A DNA stretch of 64,000 bases from an uncultured delta proteobacterium (GCA_963817385.1 CAWFOM010000010.1:256001-320000), one strand, 5' to 3'. Positions 51,157-62,879 are shown, counted from the first letter of the stretch. Notes: generated from the sequence alone by a model not told the origin. Numbers and translations: made by a program.

Positions 51157-51567
51157 CTATCCAACGGCTTTCTTGCTGAGGATTTCACTGGCAAGAGAGA
51201 TGTTCTTGATGCCATATTCCTTGACGACCTGGGCGAATTCCTTCAACACCATGCCTTCCCGGATATCGGGTAGTTTCAGAAGCATCGGCAGGTTGACGCC
51301 GGTGATCACCTCCACTTTCCCCTCCTTCAGAAAAGAGAGGGAAATGTTGGAAGGCGTCCCGCCGAAGAGATCGGTCAGAATCAAAACCCCACGCCCCTGG
51401 TCGAGTTTCTTGATCGCCGTGCTGATTTCCTTTTTCAGGTCCTCGACGCCCTTGGTTTGGTCGATAGAGACATGGATGATTCCTTTGAGGCTACCCCGGA
51501 TCAACTCCGCAGCCTTGATCAACTCGTTCCCCAAGTTGCCGTGGGTGGTGATCAATACGCCTATCAT
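51157..51567 (-). CDS. PTS mannose-family IIA component
   Basis: ITTHG, TDLFGGTPSN, GVNLPML. Confidence 0.9.
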   Translation of the reverse strand: MIGVLITTHGNLGNELIKAAELIRGSLKGIIHVSIDQTKGVEDLKKEISTAIKKLDQGRGVLILTDLFGGTPSNISLSFLKEGKVEVITGVNLPMLLKLPDIREGMVLKEFAQVVKEYGIKNISLASEILSKKAVG

Positions 51568-51628
51568 TATTTTTTCTCCTCCAGGTCTCGATATGTTCGA
51601 GGTAAGCTAATTGATTCAATATCAATTG

Positions 51629-51886
51629 TCAAGGTGAATCAAAGCCCCAAAGCCCCTCTCGCAAACCGGATGATCGGTGAATATGACGGGAAACGGCCCG
51701 GATGAAGATTTCATCACCTGACGCCCCGGGATACCAGGGAGTACTCCCGCGGATGAAGCCAATCTCGCGGAGGATCCGCCCGAATAGGCGGTCAATCTCT
51801 TCTGTGCCATACGGCCCCTGCCGAAGGGCGCAGAGTATCCGGAAGCGGTTTGAACAGATCGAATGATTTTGAATATTCTCATTCAT
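51629..51886 (-). pseudogene. Internal fragment of recD (exonuclease V alpha)
   Basis: FRILCALRQGPYG...WYPG, continuing as RQVM after a 1-nt shift near 51725; resembles the RecD segment (F)xxLCAxRxGPxG...WYxGRPVM. Confidence 0.6.
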
Positions 51887-52101
51887 TATCGATATGATAT
51901 AGATAGTTCTTAAAGCAGTTTATGATTGTTTTATTGAGATGATAAGGAAGAGATCGAGGGAGGGGGAGAGAGTTCCAACAGACATCACTGCTGCCGTCAT
52001 CAATAAGAATGGCCTGGGCAGCCGGAGCGTTGCCCCGGTTCACGGCCAAGCTGAGCCTGTGGATGCCGCTTAAGAATGAACCAATGCTGTCTTTCCGGCG
52101 A

Positions 52102-52803
52102 TCAGGACCGATCCTTGATGAGCATAGTCGACGGGTCGAGAAGCAAGGCAGCCGCGGGAGCTGCGGATACAGCGCCCTTGAGCGGCTTGATGTTAATATC
52201 CGCATGATCGGTTTGCAGCTCCAGAACCAGATCAAAGAGATCGGCAACCGGCGCAAAAGAAGCCGGAAGTCCATCTGGTCCCTGTTTTTCGTGCCGGTGT
52301 GTATGGACGGTGAACCAGATATGCATTCCGTGCTTCCCGGTCAGTGCCTTCAAGGCCATGAGGGAAGGCCGCTGTGAGGCATCGCAATGGAGGCCGTCGA
52401 TGATCATCATCTCCGGTCTGAATATCCCCTGTTCGGTGAGGTCGTTCAGACGCTCCTCAAGCTTTGGAACACTGAAACTCTCCACGCGGAAGGTCATGAT
52501 GAACCGGTAGGGCAGAATGGAATCCCACAGATGTTTGATCTGGGCCCCTTCATACTGACTGGCAAGATGATTGAAGAGTTCTCCATACCAGAGGGTCACT
52601 TTGTTGACCGGGTCGTTCAGACAGATATGGAGGACATGCCTGTTCCTGAGCATGCCGTTCAAGGCCATCTGGACCAGGAGGGCGGTCTTCCCCACGCCGG
52701 CATAGGCGAGAACGGCGCCGAATCCTCCGGCGGGGAGGATGTCTTCCGTTTCAAAACCCAGATGCCTGAGCGGATTACGGAGGATAAGCTCTTTTTTTAA
52801 CAT
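52102..52803 (-). CDS. RecA/KaiC-like P-loop ATPase, uncharacterised
   Basis: Walker A AYAGVGKT, Walker B MMIIDG; start ATG 52803. Confidence 0.7.
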   Translation of the reverse strand: MLKKELILRNPLRHLGFETEDILPAGGFGAVLAYAGVGKTALLVQMALNGMLRNRHVLHICLNDPVNKVTLWYGELFNHLASQYEGAQIKHLWDSILPYRFIMTFRVESFSVPKLEERLNDLTEQGIFRPEMMIIDGLHCDASQRPSLMALKALTGKHGMHIWFTVHTHRHEKQGPDGLPASFAPVADLFDLVLELQTDHADINIKPLKGAVSAAPAAALLLDPSTMLIKDRS

Positions 52804-52877
52804 AGTGATATTCCAATCTTGTAGTTTAATGATCCGTTCGGAAGGCCCGGGGAGAGGGAAAACACACGCCCCGGATC

Positions 52878-54971
52878 TCATGCTGCGCTCTTTTTCCTCA
52901 ACGCCACCTCTTCCGCAATCTGCTCTGCAATCGATTGCGGTACCTGCCGGTAAAGGGCAAATTCCATCGTGAACTGAGCCTTCCCCTGGGTGGCTGACCT
53001 CAAAACCGTCGAAAAACCGAACATCTCAGCCAGGGGAACCTGTGCTTCGACTACGGTCATGACCTCCTCATCCTGCGCCCCGACAATCATCCCTCTTCTC
53101 TGATTGAGGAGCCCCATCACCGCCCCTTGAAACTCGGTCGGCGACTCCACAACCACCTTCATGATCGGTTCATGGACCACCGGTTTGGCCTTGGCGTAAC
53201 CTTCGCGGAAAGCCCCGCGGGCTGCTGCCTGGAAAGCCATATCGGAGGAATCCACCGCATGGGAGGCGCCGTCGTTGATTACGACGCGCACCCCCGTTAC
53301 CGGAAATTCCATCTTCGGTCCTTTGACAATGGACTGGCGGAAGCCTTTTTCACAGGCGGCGATGAACTGGGTGGGAATGGAGCCTCCCCTCACCTCGTTA
53401 TCAAAGATGAAATCCTCCGAACCTTCCGTGATCGGTTCCAGGTATCCGGCCACGCGACCGTACTGCCCGGAACCGCCCGTCTGCTTCTTATGGGTATAGT
53501 TGAATTCAGCGCGCTGAGTGATCGTTTCGCGGTAGGCCACCCGCGGCTTTCCCGTCTCCACTTCGGCACTGTATTCCCGCTTCATCCGCTCAACATAGAT
53601 CTCCAGATGCAGTTCCCCCATCCCCTCGATAATCGTTTCGCTGGTCTCCTCATCAACATGGGTACGGAAGGTGGGATCCTCCTTCGTGAAACGGTTCAGC
53701 GCCTTGGACATGTTGATCTGCGACTTGTTGTCTTTGGGAAAGATGGCCAGCGATATAACGGGTTCCGGAACGAACATCGATGTCATGGTCAGATTATGGC
53801 CCGGGGAAACAAAGGTATCTCCGGAGGCGCATTCGATTCCGAACAGGGCTCCGATATAACCAGCCGAGATCGCTTCGATATCCTCCATCTGCTCGGCATG
53901 CATGCGGACCACGCGCCCCACCTTTGTCTTTTTACCGGTCCGAGAGTTGACGATCACCGATCCCTTGGCCAGCGTCCCTTGGTAAACCCGTACGTACGTC
54001 AGCTGACCGTAATGTCCGTCTTCAAGTTTGAAGGCCAAAGCCACAATCGATTTTGAAGGATCAGTGGAAAGCACCACGGTTGCCTCGTTCTGGTCTAGGT
54101 CGAGGGCGGTGTTTTCGATATCGGCAGGACACGGGAGATACCTGGTCACCGCATCCAGAAGCGGCTGTACCCCTTTATTCTTATAAGCCGATCCGATGAG
54201 CACGGGGGTGATCTTCCGTGCCAGCGTTCCCCGGCGAATGGCCTCGATAATCAGGGAATCGGCGATCGGCTTTTCCTCCAGAACTGCCTCCATGAGTTCA
54301 TCAGAAAACATGGTTGCGGCTTCGACCATTTCCTCCCGTTTCCTGCGGGCCTCGGCCATCAGTTCCGTTGGGATATCCTCAAATCTGAGATGCTCGCCGT
54401 TGTCTCCTTCGAAGTAAATTGCTTTCATTTCCAAAAGATCAATCACCCCTTGAAAATCCGCCTCCAGGCCAATCGGCATCTGCAGGGCGACGGCATTGTG
54501 ACCCAGTTTGGAACGAAGCTGACCGATCACCCGGGAGGGATCCGCTCCACTGCGATCGCACTTGTTAATAAAGGCGAGACAGGGGACTTGGTAGCGCTTC
54601 ATTTGCAGATCTACGGTTATCGATTGCGATTGAACGCCGCCAACAGAGCAGAGGACGAGAACGGCGCCATCGAGCACCCTAAGCGAGCGCTCGACTTCAA
54701 TCGTAAAATCTACGTGACCGGGGGTATCGATAATATTGATTTGATGGTCAAGCCATTGGCAGAACGTGGCTGCGGACGCTATGGTAATTCCGCGCTCCTT
54801 TTCCAGTTCCATGGAGTCCATGGTGGCGCCGACACCGTCTTTGCCCTTGACGTCGTGAATGGCGTGTATGCGCTTCGTATAGAAGAGTATTCTCTCGGTG
54901 AGCGTAGTCTTTCCCGAATCAATATGGGCGCTGATTCCGATATTCCTGACATTTTCTACTGTGGTATTCAT
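52878..54971 (-). CDS. fusA: Elongation factor G (stand-alone paralogue)
   Basis: [44 protein letters not shown]; start ATG 54971. Confidence 0.95.
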   Translation of the reverse strand: MNTTVENVRNIGISAHIDSGKTTLTERILFYTKRIHAIHDVKGKDGVGATMDSMELEKERGITIASAATFCQWLDHQINIIDTPGHVDFTIEVERSLRVLDGAVLVLCSVGGVQSQSITVDLQMKRYQVPCLAFINKCDRSGADPSRVIGQLRSKLGHNAVALQMPIGLEADFQGVIDLLEMKAIYFEGDNGEHLRFEDIPTELMAEARRKREEMVEAATMFSDELMEAVLEEKPIADSLIIEAIRRGTLARKITPVLIGSAYKNKGVQPLLDAVTRYLPCPADIENTALDLDQNEATVVLSTDPSKSIVALAFKLEDGHYGQLTYVRVYQGTLAKGSVIVNSRTGKKTKVGRVVRMHAEQMEDIEAISAGYIGALFGIECASGDTFVSPGHNLTMTSMFVPEPVISLAIFPKDNKSQINMSKALNRFTKEDPTFRTHVDEETSETIIEGMGELHLEIYVERMKREYSAEVETGKPRVAYRETITQRAEFNYTHKKQTGGSGQYGRVAGYLEPITEGSEDFIFDNEVRGGSIPTQFIAACEKGFRQSIVKGPKMEFPVTGVRVVINDGASHAVDSSDMAFQAAARGAFREGYAKAKPVVHEPIMKVVVESPTEFQGAVMGLLNQRRGMIVGAQDEEVMTVVEAQVPLAEMFGFSTVLRSATQGKAQFTMEFALYRQVPQSIAEQIAEEVALRKKSAA

Positions 54972-55167
54972 ACTTCTTCCTTCTGCAGTGAACGCCTCAA
55001 CGTTCATGTATTTTAAAAATAAAAAAATCCCTCATTTGGAGAAGTCATACCAGATGGGGGATCCACTGTTGATGACAAAAGTAATAATTGATGTCGTAGA
55101 TATATGCGATTATGCGTTGATTGTCAAGATATTTCTGCTATTCGGCGCGGTACTCGCACGGTGGGTG

Positions 55168-55205
55168 AGAAAGCCGCCACGTTGTCTTACCGCAACTGGG
55201 GCGGC
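55168..55205 (-). terminator. Putative terminator after the aminotransferase gene
   Basis: Minus strand GCCGCC...GTTG/CAAC...GGCGGC-TTTCT immediately after the stop codon. Confidence 0.5.
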
Positions 55206-56334
55206 TCAGTTCCTTCCGTGCAGGATCTCTCTTAGGGCCTCGGAAAGCAGGGTTACATTTTCCCTCCGGCTGGAGAAACCCATCAGCCCCACCCGCCAGA
55301 TCTTACCCTTCAGGGGTCCGAATCCGCCAGCTATGTCGATGTTATAGGCATCGCGCAGGCGCGTTCTGACGGCAACGTCATCAACCCCGTCGGGAACACA
55401 GACAGTGGTGAGAGCGGGCAGACGATGACCCTGGGGGACAAAGAGACTCAAGCCGAGGTTCTCCATTTTTTCCCACAGATACTCAGCGATTGCCTGATGG
55501 CGGAACCAGCGGTCTTCCAGCCCCTCTTCAAGGACGAGTCTGAGCCCTTCCCGGAATCCATAATGGAGGGTCGTGGAAGGGGTATGATGGTACACCCGTT
55601 CCTTGTTCCAGTATTTCTCGATCATCGTCAGGTCGAGATACCAGTTGGGAACGCGATTTTTCCGGCAGCGAAGGATATCTCCTGCCCGATCGCTTACCGT
55701 TAGGGGGGAGAGACCGGGAGGGCAGCCGAGACACTTCTGCGATGCACTGTACGCTACATCGATGCCCCACCGGTCGATATTCACGGGCACACCGCCGAGC
55801 GAAGTGACACAGTCGATCACGAACAGGGCACCGTGCCGGTGAACAAGATCACCGATTCCATCGAGGGGCTGGAGGGCGCCCGTCGACGTTTCCGCGTGGA
55901 TCAGGGCCAAGAGCTTGACCGGCCTGTTCTCGACAAGCGCGGCTTCGATCTCCTCACGGGTAAACACGTCCCCCCAGTCCTTTTCTATTCTTTTCACGTT
56001 GGCGCCGTAGAGTCGCGCCATCTCGCACATCCGTTCACTGAAATAAGCCGTTGCAGCCGATGACGACCGTATCTCCGGGTTCCACAAAATTGCAGAAGGA
56101 GGTTTCCATACCCGCGCTGCCCGTCCCCGACATGGGGAACGTCAGGGTGTTCTTGGTCTGAAAAACAGCCCGCAACAAGACCTGTTCTTCGTCCATGAGG
56201 GAGAGCCATTCCGGATCGAGATATCCAACCAGTGCCGTACTCATCGTACGGAGTACGCGGGGATGTACGGCGCTGGGCCCCGGACCGAGAAGAAGGCGGT
56301 GCGGTACATTCAGATCATTGATAGCGAGTGCCAT
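55206..56334 (-). pseudogene. Class V (alanine-glyoxylate/serine-pyruvate) aminotransferase split by a 1-nt frameshift
   Basis: ORF 56334-56035 (LLGPGPS, SGTGSAGME) continues in another frame as YFSERM...HAETSTG...SQKCL; one extra base at 56045-56046. Confidence 0.85.
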
Positions 56335-56557
56335 AAAATTACCTTAAATTTTACCGGAAATGAGAAAAATGTTTTACAAGCCGGGAATGCTGAACAACCG
56401 GGCTGTTCCGGCTCTTACATAAAAGCGGGTTTCGCATACAATGGGTGAAAAGAAAATGTCAAGCGGAAATTGCAGAAATTGACCTCTTCGGCAGCACCCC
56501 GCGGAAAACTCTTCGCTCTTAAGGAACAGACCACGATGTTTTCGCTTGGTGCCGGAT

Positions 56558-57577
56558 TCAGGAAAGATGGAGGACGTTGAGCTCCTTCATGATCTCCTGC
56601 GCCCGACCGGCACTTCCCAGAACGTTACGGTTTTTCCCCCGATACAAGTCCAAGAGGGCTTCCCTCGCCGGCCCCAGGTATTTTCGGGGATCGAACTCCT
56701 CCGGCTGCAGCGCAAAAATCTCGCGGATCTTCGCAGTCATCACAAGCCTTCCGTCTGAGTCGATATTAACCTTGCAGACGGCCGATCGGGCCGCTTCCCT
56801 GAGCTGCTCTTCAGGGATACCGATGGAGTCTTTCATACGACCCCCGTATCGGTTTATCGTGGCCACGGCGTCCTGTGGGATTGAAGATGAACCATGCAGG
56901 ACGATGGGGAAACCGGGAATACGCCTTTCAATGTCACGGAGGATATCAAGACGAATCTCCGGTTTTTGTCCCGCCTTGAACTTATAGGCCCCATGCGAGG
57001 TCCCGATCGAAATGGCGAGGGAATCCACCCCGGTCCTTTTGACAAAATCCTCCACGTCATCGGGGCGAGTGTAGGTGTGACGGGCGGCCGTAACCTCGTC
57101 CTCCACGCCAGCGAGAATGCCCAACTCCCCCTCCACGGTCACATTATGGTGATGCGAATATTCAACCACCTGCCTCGTAAGAGCCGCATTCTCCTCGTAA
57201 GAGAGATGTGAACCGTCAATCATCACTGAGGAAAAACCGGTTTCGATGCAAGAGACGCAGAGATCGACGGAATCTCCATGATCGAGGTGTAAGGCAATCG
57301 GAATCACCCCGATACCGTTTCGTTCGGCTTCCCTCTTCATCATTTCCACTGCCCCTCGACCCATATGGCTAAGCAGGGTTCTATCCGCATATTCCCGCGC
57401 CCCCTTTGACACCTGGAGGATGACAGGCGACTGCGTCTCCAGGCAGGCCATGACAATCGCCTGGAGTTGTTCCATATTGTTGAAGTTGTAGGCAGGAATG
57501 GCGAAGCCATCTCTTATCGCAGCGGCGAACATCGCCTTCGTATTGACAAATCCCAGTGACGAATAGAGGATCTGCAT
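56558..57577 (-). CDS. fba: Class II fructose-bisphosphate aldolase
   Basis: HLDHG, SVMIDGS, VEGELG, GTSHGAYK, VLHGSS, FDPRKYL. Confidence 0.94.
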   Translation of the reverse strand: MQILYSSLGFVNTKAMFAAAIRDGFAIPAYNFNNMEQLQAIVMACLETQSPVILQVSKGAREYADRTLLSHMGRGAVEMMKREAERNGIGVIPIALHLDHGDSVDLCVSCIETGFSSVMIDGSHLSYEENAALTRQVVEYSHHHNVTVEGELGILAGVEDEVTAARHTYTRPDDVEDFVKRTGVDSLAISIGTSHGAYKFKAGQKPEIRLDILRDIERRIPGFPIVLHGSSSIPQDAVATINRYGGRMKDSIGIPEEQLREAARSAVCKVNIDSDGRLVMTAKIREIFALQPEEFDPRKYLGPAREALLDLYRGKNRNVLGSAGRAQEIMKELNVLHLS

Positions 57578-57897
57578 GGCCTTGCTCCTTTCTCGAATTC
57601 ACTTTTTTGATGGAGGATCGTGCCGGAATACCCGATGATGCCGTCGACCTCAGGATCAGGTCCCCTAGCAATTTCTTACCACAAGGGCGGTATCGTGACA
57701 AGGTATTTCAGTTATAGGATGACGGCTCAGATATCCTCTCTTGACAAAAAGCAGATTTCACTTTAGTGATCAGATGTGAAGTCCGGCGAAAAGCGGGTGA
57801 AAAACATATCCTGGTGATGTATTTCATCGTGACATCGTTGCCCGCAGCAACTGTTATCTTTAATTTGTCAAGATTCTGGTAAGACAGGAGGCGTGAA

Positions 57898-58149
57898 ATG
57901 AGCGAAACGGTCAGGATGTATGCGTTGAGCACGTGCAGCCACTGCAAGGCTGCAAAAAAGTTCTTGAAAGATCATGGCGTGGCCAATCTCTGCACCGAAG
58001 TAGACCTTCTTACCGGTGACGAGCGAAAAGCGATCATTGAAGAGGTAAAAAAGTACAATCCGGCCTGCAGCTTCCCCACCATCATCATCGGAGAGAAGGT
58101 CATTGTCGGCTTCAACGAACAGGCCATCCGGGAGGCGCTGGGTATATGA
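57898..58149 (+). CDS. Glutaredoxin-like protein (NrdH/Grx fold)
   Basis: CSHC active site, SFPT, IVGF; AGGAGG RBS. Confidence 0.85.
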   Translation: MSETVRMYALSTCSHCKAAKKFLKDHGVANLCTEVDLLTGDERKAIIEEVKKYNPACSFPTIIIGEKVIVGFNEQAIREALGI

Positions 58150-58481
58150 CCGCGGTCGAACAGCTATACGAAATGCTCAAACGGACCCAGGAACCAAAGG
58201 GTTACTATTTCAACCGGGACCAGGCGCGGGTAAACGACCTCCTCGCCGCTCTTCTCATAAACCGCGACCGGTACGGGTACATGTGCTGTCCCTGCCGGCT
58301 GGCGTCCGACGACCGCGACAAAGATCGGGATATCATCTGCCCGTGTATCTACCGGGAGGCGGATGTGCGTGAGTACGGCAGTTGTTACTGTAATCTTTAT
58401 GTAACCCCTGACTGGAATGCGGGGAAAATACCCCCCATCTATGTACCGGAGCGGAGACCGCTGGATAAACTCCCTTATTGA
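58146..58481 (+). CDS. Ferredoxin:thioredoxin reductase catalytic subunit
   Basis: CPCR, ICPC, CYCNLY motifs; ATGA overlap with the glutaredoxin gene. Confidence 0.88.
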   Translation: MTAVEQLYEMLKRTQEPKGYYFNRDQARVNDLLAALLINRDRYGYMCCPCRLASDDRDKDRDIICPCIYREADVREYGSCYCNLYVTPDWNAGKIPPIYVPERRPLDKLPY

Positions 58482-58508
58482 CCCGACTTGTTGCATGAGG
58501 ATTTCCGA

Positions 58509-60092
58509 ATGAATCTTAGTTGGACGTTTCCCTATCCGTCACAGAGAATGCCGGTTTTTGCCCGCAATGTCGTAGCCACCTCTCAGCCGCTGGCTGCACA
58601 GGCAGGTTTGCAGATGCTTGCACGCGGCGGCAATGCGGTTGATGCTGCCCTTGCCGCAGCCATTACCCTTACCGTCGTCGAACCGACCAGTAACGGTATC
58701 GGCAGCGACGCCTTCGCCCTGATCTGGGACGGGCAGGAGCTTCATGGTTTGAATGGATCCGGACGCTCGCCGCGCGCCTGGACCCCCGGCCGCTTTGCCG
58801 GTAGGAGTAAGATGCCCCAGCTCGGCTGGGACGCAGTGACCGTTCCCGGCGCCGTTGACGCCTGGATATCCCTATCGCGTAAATTCGGGAAGCTCCCCTT
58901 TTCAGACCTTTTCGAATTTGCCATCCGTTATGCGGCCGACGGATTTACCGTTTCCCCGATAACGGCCGAGCGGTGGTCGATTGCACCGGCCCGATTCCGT
59001 GAATTTCCCGACCTTGCCGACGCCTTTCTCATGTACGGCCGTGCTCCCCAACCGGGAGAATTCTTCCAGCCCCGGGGAATGGCGCGCACGTTGCGGATCA
59101 TCGCCGAGACCGGCGGTGAATCTTTCTACCGGGGAGAACTCGCGGCGAGAATAGTCTCCCATGCAGAGAAAACGGGCGGGTCGATGACAGCCGCGGATCT
59201 GGCGGAGCATCATTCGGAATGGGTTAAACCTCTTTCCCAGAACTGGCTGGGGACTACGCTGTATGAACTTCCACCGAATGGTCAGGGGCTTACCGTTCTG
59301 ATAGCCCTAGGCATCTTGAACCATCTTTCCATTGAGAACTATCCCGTCGATTCCGTGGAGAGCCTTCACCTCCAGATGGAAGCGATGAAGGTCTCCTTCG
59401 CTTTAGCAAAGCAGCATATCGCCGACCGGGCTTGGATGACCATCGAACCTGCTTCGCTTCTGGAAGACTCCTTTCTGGAAGGCCATTCCCGTACTATCCG
59501 GATGGACCGTGCCGCCTTCCCGGCATCTTCCATACCCCCGGATGGAGGAACCGTCTATCTGACAACCGCCGATAAAAACGGAATGATGGTGTCCTATATC
59601 CAGTCCAATTACCGTGGTTTCGGATCAGGGATTGTCATTCCCGGCACTGGGATCAGCCTTCAGAACCGCGGTGCGGGGTTCACCCTTGAGGAAGGTCATC
59701 CCAACTGTGTCGACGGCGGGAAACGCCCCTATCACACTATTATTCCGGCATTTCTGTTGCGGGACGGAGCCCCTTTGATGAGTTTCGGCGTCATGGGCGC
59801 CCATATGCAGGCACAGGGACACCTGCAGATGATGCTCCGCATCATCGCTTACGGGCAAAACCCGCAGGCCGCAGCCGATGCCCCCCGCTGGTACCTCGAT
59901 GAGGAATCGCGCTTGTCTCTCGAGCCGGGTTTTGGTCCTTCCATTCGCGAAGAGCTTCGGGACCGGGGCCATCGGTTGACCCCCGATATTCCGACCTCCG
60001 TCTTCGGCGGGGCACAGCTCATCTATCGTTTGCCACACGGCTACTGTGCTGCCTCAGATCCAAGAAAAGACGGCCAGGCCGTCGGTTTCTAA
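58509..60092 (+). CDS. ggt: Gamma-glutamyltransferase family protein
   Basis: GGNAVDAA, GIGSDAF, TVPG, PPNGQG, nucleophile GTVYL, RPYHTIIP, DPRKDG. Confidence 0.88.
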   Translation: MNLSWTFPYPSQRMPVFARNVVATSQPLAAQAGLQMLARGGNAVDAALAAAITLTVVEPTSNGIGSDAFALIWDGQELHGLNGSGRSPRAWTPGRFAGRSKMPQLGWDAVTVPGAVDAWISLSRKFGKLPFSDLFEFAIRYAADGFTVSPITAERWSIAPARFREFPDLADAFLMYGRAPQPGEFFQPRGMARTLRIIAETGGESFYRGELAARIVSHAEKTGGSMTAADLAEHHSEWVKPLSQNWLGTTLYELPPNGQGLTVLIALGILNHLSIENYPVDSVESLHLQMEAMKVSFALAKQHIADRAWMTIEPASLLEDSFLEGHSRTIRMDRAAFPASSIPPDGGTVYLTTADKNGMMVSYIQSNYRGFGSGIVIPGTGISLQNRGAGFTLEEGHPNCVDGGKRPYHTIIPAFLLRDGAPLMSFGVMGAHMQAQGHLQMMLRIIAYGQNPQAAADAPRWYLDEESRLSLEPGFGPSIREELRDRGHRLTPDIPTSVFGGAQLIYRLPHGYCAASDPRKDGQAVGF

Positions 60093-60297
60093 GAGGGTAT
60101 ATTGGGCAAATGAAGTGTAACCAAGCCGATGCTCCGAATCGCCGGTACACCTGACATTTCCCACACCGGGAAAACCGATAAAACACCAAATCTCATTGAC
60201 TTTCTCTTCTGTTTCTGTTTATGTGCCGCAGTTTTCGTCGTAGCGGCTAAGTATTTTCACCGTTAACCGCCGACAGGATCGGTGTTGGTTTGTTGAT

Positions 60298-61335
60298 ATG
60301 AAACTTGAAGAATTCGACTACGCCCTTCCGGAAGAACTGATCGCCCAGGAACCCGCCGCGGTCAGGGACCTCTCCCGGATGATGGTCGTGCACCGGCTGA
60401 CGGGGCGCATCGATATCCGTTCGTTCCGCGATCTTCCGGAATACATCGGCCCGGGCGACGTGATCGTCGTCAACGACTCCCGCGTCTTTCCGGCGCGTCT
60501 CATCGGCCGGAAGGGGACCGGCGGACTGATCGAGATCCTCCTGCTCACCCGCAGTCAGGACGTGCTGCCGGGCGAGCACTGGGAGGTCCTCCTGCGGCCC
60601 GCCAAACGGGTCGCCATCGGGATGACCATCTCTTTTGCCGACGCGTGCCAGGCGACGGTCGTCAGCCGCCTGTCAGAAAAACAGTGGCTCCTGGAATTCA
60701 CCACCTCGATGCCGTTCGAGGAGTTTCTCGCCCGGCAGGGAAGAGCCCCGCTGCCGCCCTACATAAAACGCAAACGGGATCGGTCGCGTTCGGAACGTGA
60801 TCTGGAGAGATACCAGACGGTCTATGCCCGCGTGAAAGGTTCGGTCGCGGCGCCGACGGCGGGCCTCCACTTCACGCCGGGGGGCCTGGATCGGCTGCAA
60901 AGCCTCGGCGTAACCATTGCCCCCGTCACACTCCACATCGGCTACGGGACATTCCTGCCCATCGAAACAAAGCGCGTGGAGGATCATGTCATGGAGGAGG
61001 AGCATTTCGCCCTCGGCGAGGAAACCGCCCGAAAGGTCAACGAAGCAACGCGGGTCATCGCCGTCGGGACGACCGCGACCCGCGTCCTGGAGTCTGTCGC
61101 CGGCGAAGAGGGTCGGATCGGGCCTGCTGCCCGCTCGACCAGGCTCTATATCTATCCCGGGTATCGGTTCCGGCGCGTCGATGCGCTTCTCACCAATTTT
61201 CACCTCCCGAAATCGTCCCTCTTTCTCCTGGTGTCCGCCTTCGCGGGCCGGGAACTGATAAAGAAGGCCTACCGCCTCGCCATCGAGAACCGGCTCCGTT
61301 TTTACAGTTATGGGGACTGCATGCTGATCCTGTAG
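60298..61335 (+). CDS. queA: tRNA preQ1 S-adenosylmethionine ribosyltransferase-isomerase
   Basis: FDYALPEELIAQEP, PLPPYI, AAPTAGLHF, TNFHLPKS, FYSYGD. Confidence 0.96.
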   Translation: MKLEEFDYALPEELIAQEPAAVRDLSRMMVVHRLTGRIDIRSFRDLPEYIGPGDVIVVNDSRVFPARLIGRKGTGGLIEILLLTRSQDVLPGEHWEVLLRPAKRVAIGMTISFADACQATVVSRLSEKQWLLEFTTSMPFEEFLARQGRAPLPPYIKRKRDRSRSERDLERYQTVYARVKGSVAAPTAGLHFTPGGLDRLQSLGVTIAPVTLHIGYGTFLPIETKRVEDHVMEEEHFALGEETARKVNEATRVIAVGTTATRVLESVAGEEGRIGPAARSTRLYIYPGYRFRRVDALLTNFHLPKSSLFLLVSAFAGRELIKKAYRLAIENRLRFYSYGDCMLIL

Positions 61336-61340
61336 GGTGA

Positions 61341-62462
<1,122 letters not shown>

Positions 62463-62525
62463 TGGGTGCGACTCCGGCGAAAAATTAAAATGCAATGATT
62501 ATTTCTGATAAGGGAGGGCTTTACT

Positions 62526-62861
62526 GTGACGAATCTGGCTTATGCGATGGGCTCACTACCGGGCGGAGGGGGTGGTGGAGGCGCCGCCGGCGGCGATTTC
62601 AGTTTTATCATTATGATGGGCATTCTTTTTGCCATCTTTTACTTTCTTCTGATCCGGCCCCAGCAGAAAAAACAGAAGGAGGTCAAGAATATGATCGCAA
62701 ATCTCGCCCACGGAGACCTGGTGATGACCTCCGGCGGGATTCAGGGGAAGGTCACGGCGCTGACCGACACGGTCGTGACGATCGAGATCGCTGACAAGGT
62801 CAAGATAAAGGTCGCCAGGAACTTTATCGGCGCCGTCCTGCAAAAGGCGCCAAAGGAATAA
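62526..62861 (+). CDS. yajC: Preprotein translocase subunit YajC
   Basis: FYFLLIRPQQK, GDLVMTSGGIQG; located between tgt and secD. Confidence 0.94.
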   Translation: MTNLAYAMGSLPGGGGGGGAAGGDFSFIIMMGILFAIFYFLLIRPQQKKQKEVKNMIANLAHGDLVMTSGGIQGKVTALTDTVVTIEIADKVKIKVARNFIGAVLQKAPKE

Positions 62862-62879
62862 GGCTGAAAGGGGTAAACC

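Noticed and set aside
56035..56037. Selenocysteine read-through at the aminotransferase TGA
   Set aside because: The homologous sequence continues in a different frame, not in frame after TGA
56380..56420. Glycine riboswitch upstream of the aminotransferase
   Set aside because: A hairpin (AGCCGG...CCGGCT) is present but the conserved glycine aptamer motifs are not
60195..60297. preQ1 riboswitch upstream of queA
   Set aside because: Only a weak GCCGC/GCGGC hairpin; the preQ1 loop motif and A-rich tail are absent
62560..62595. Poly-Gly tract in yajC and poly-Lys tract in iorA (about 45620-45635) as repeats or phase-variation sites
   Set aside because: Mixed codons, in frame; ordinary low-complexity linkers
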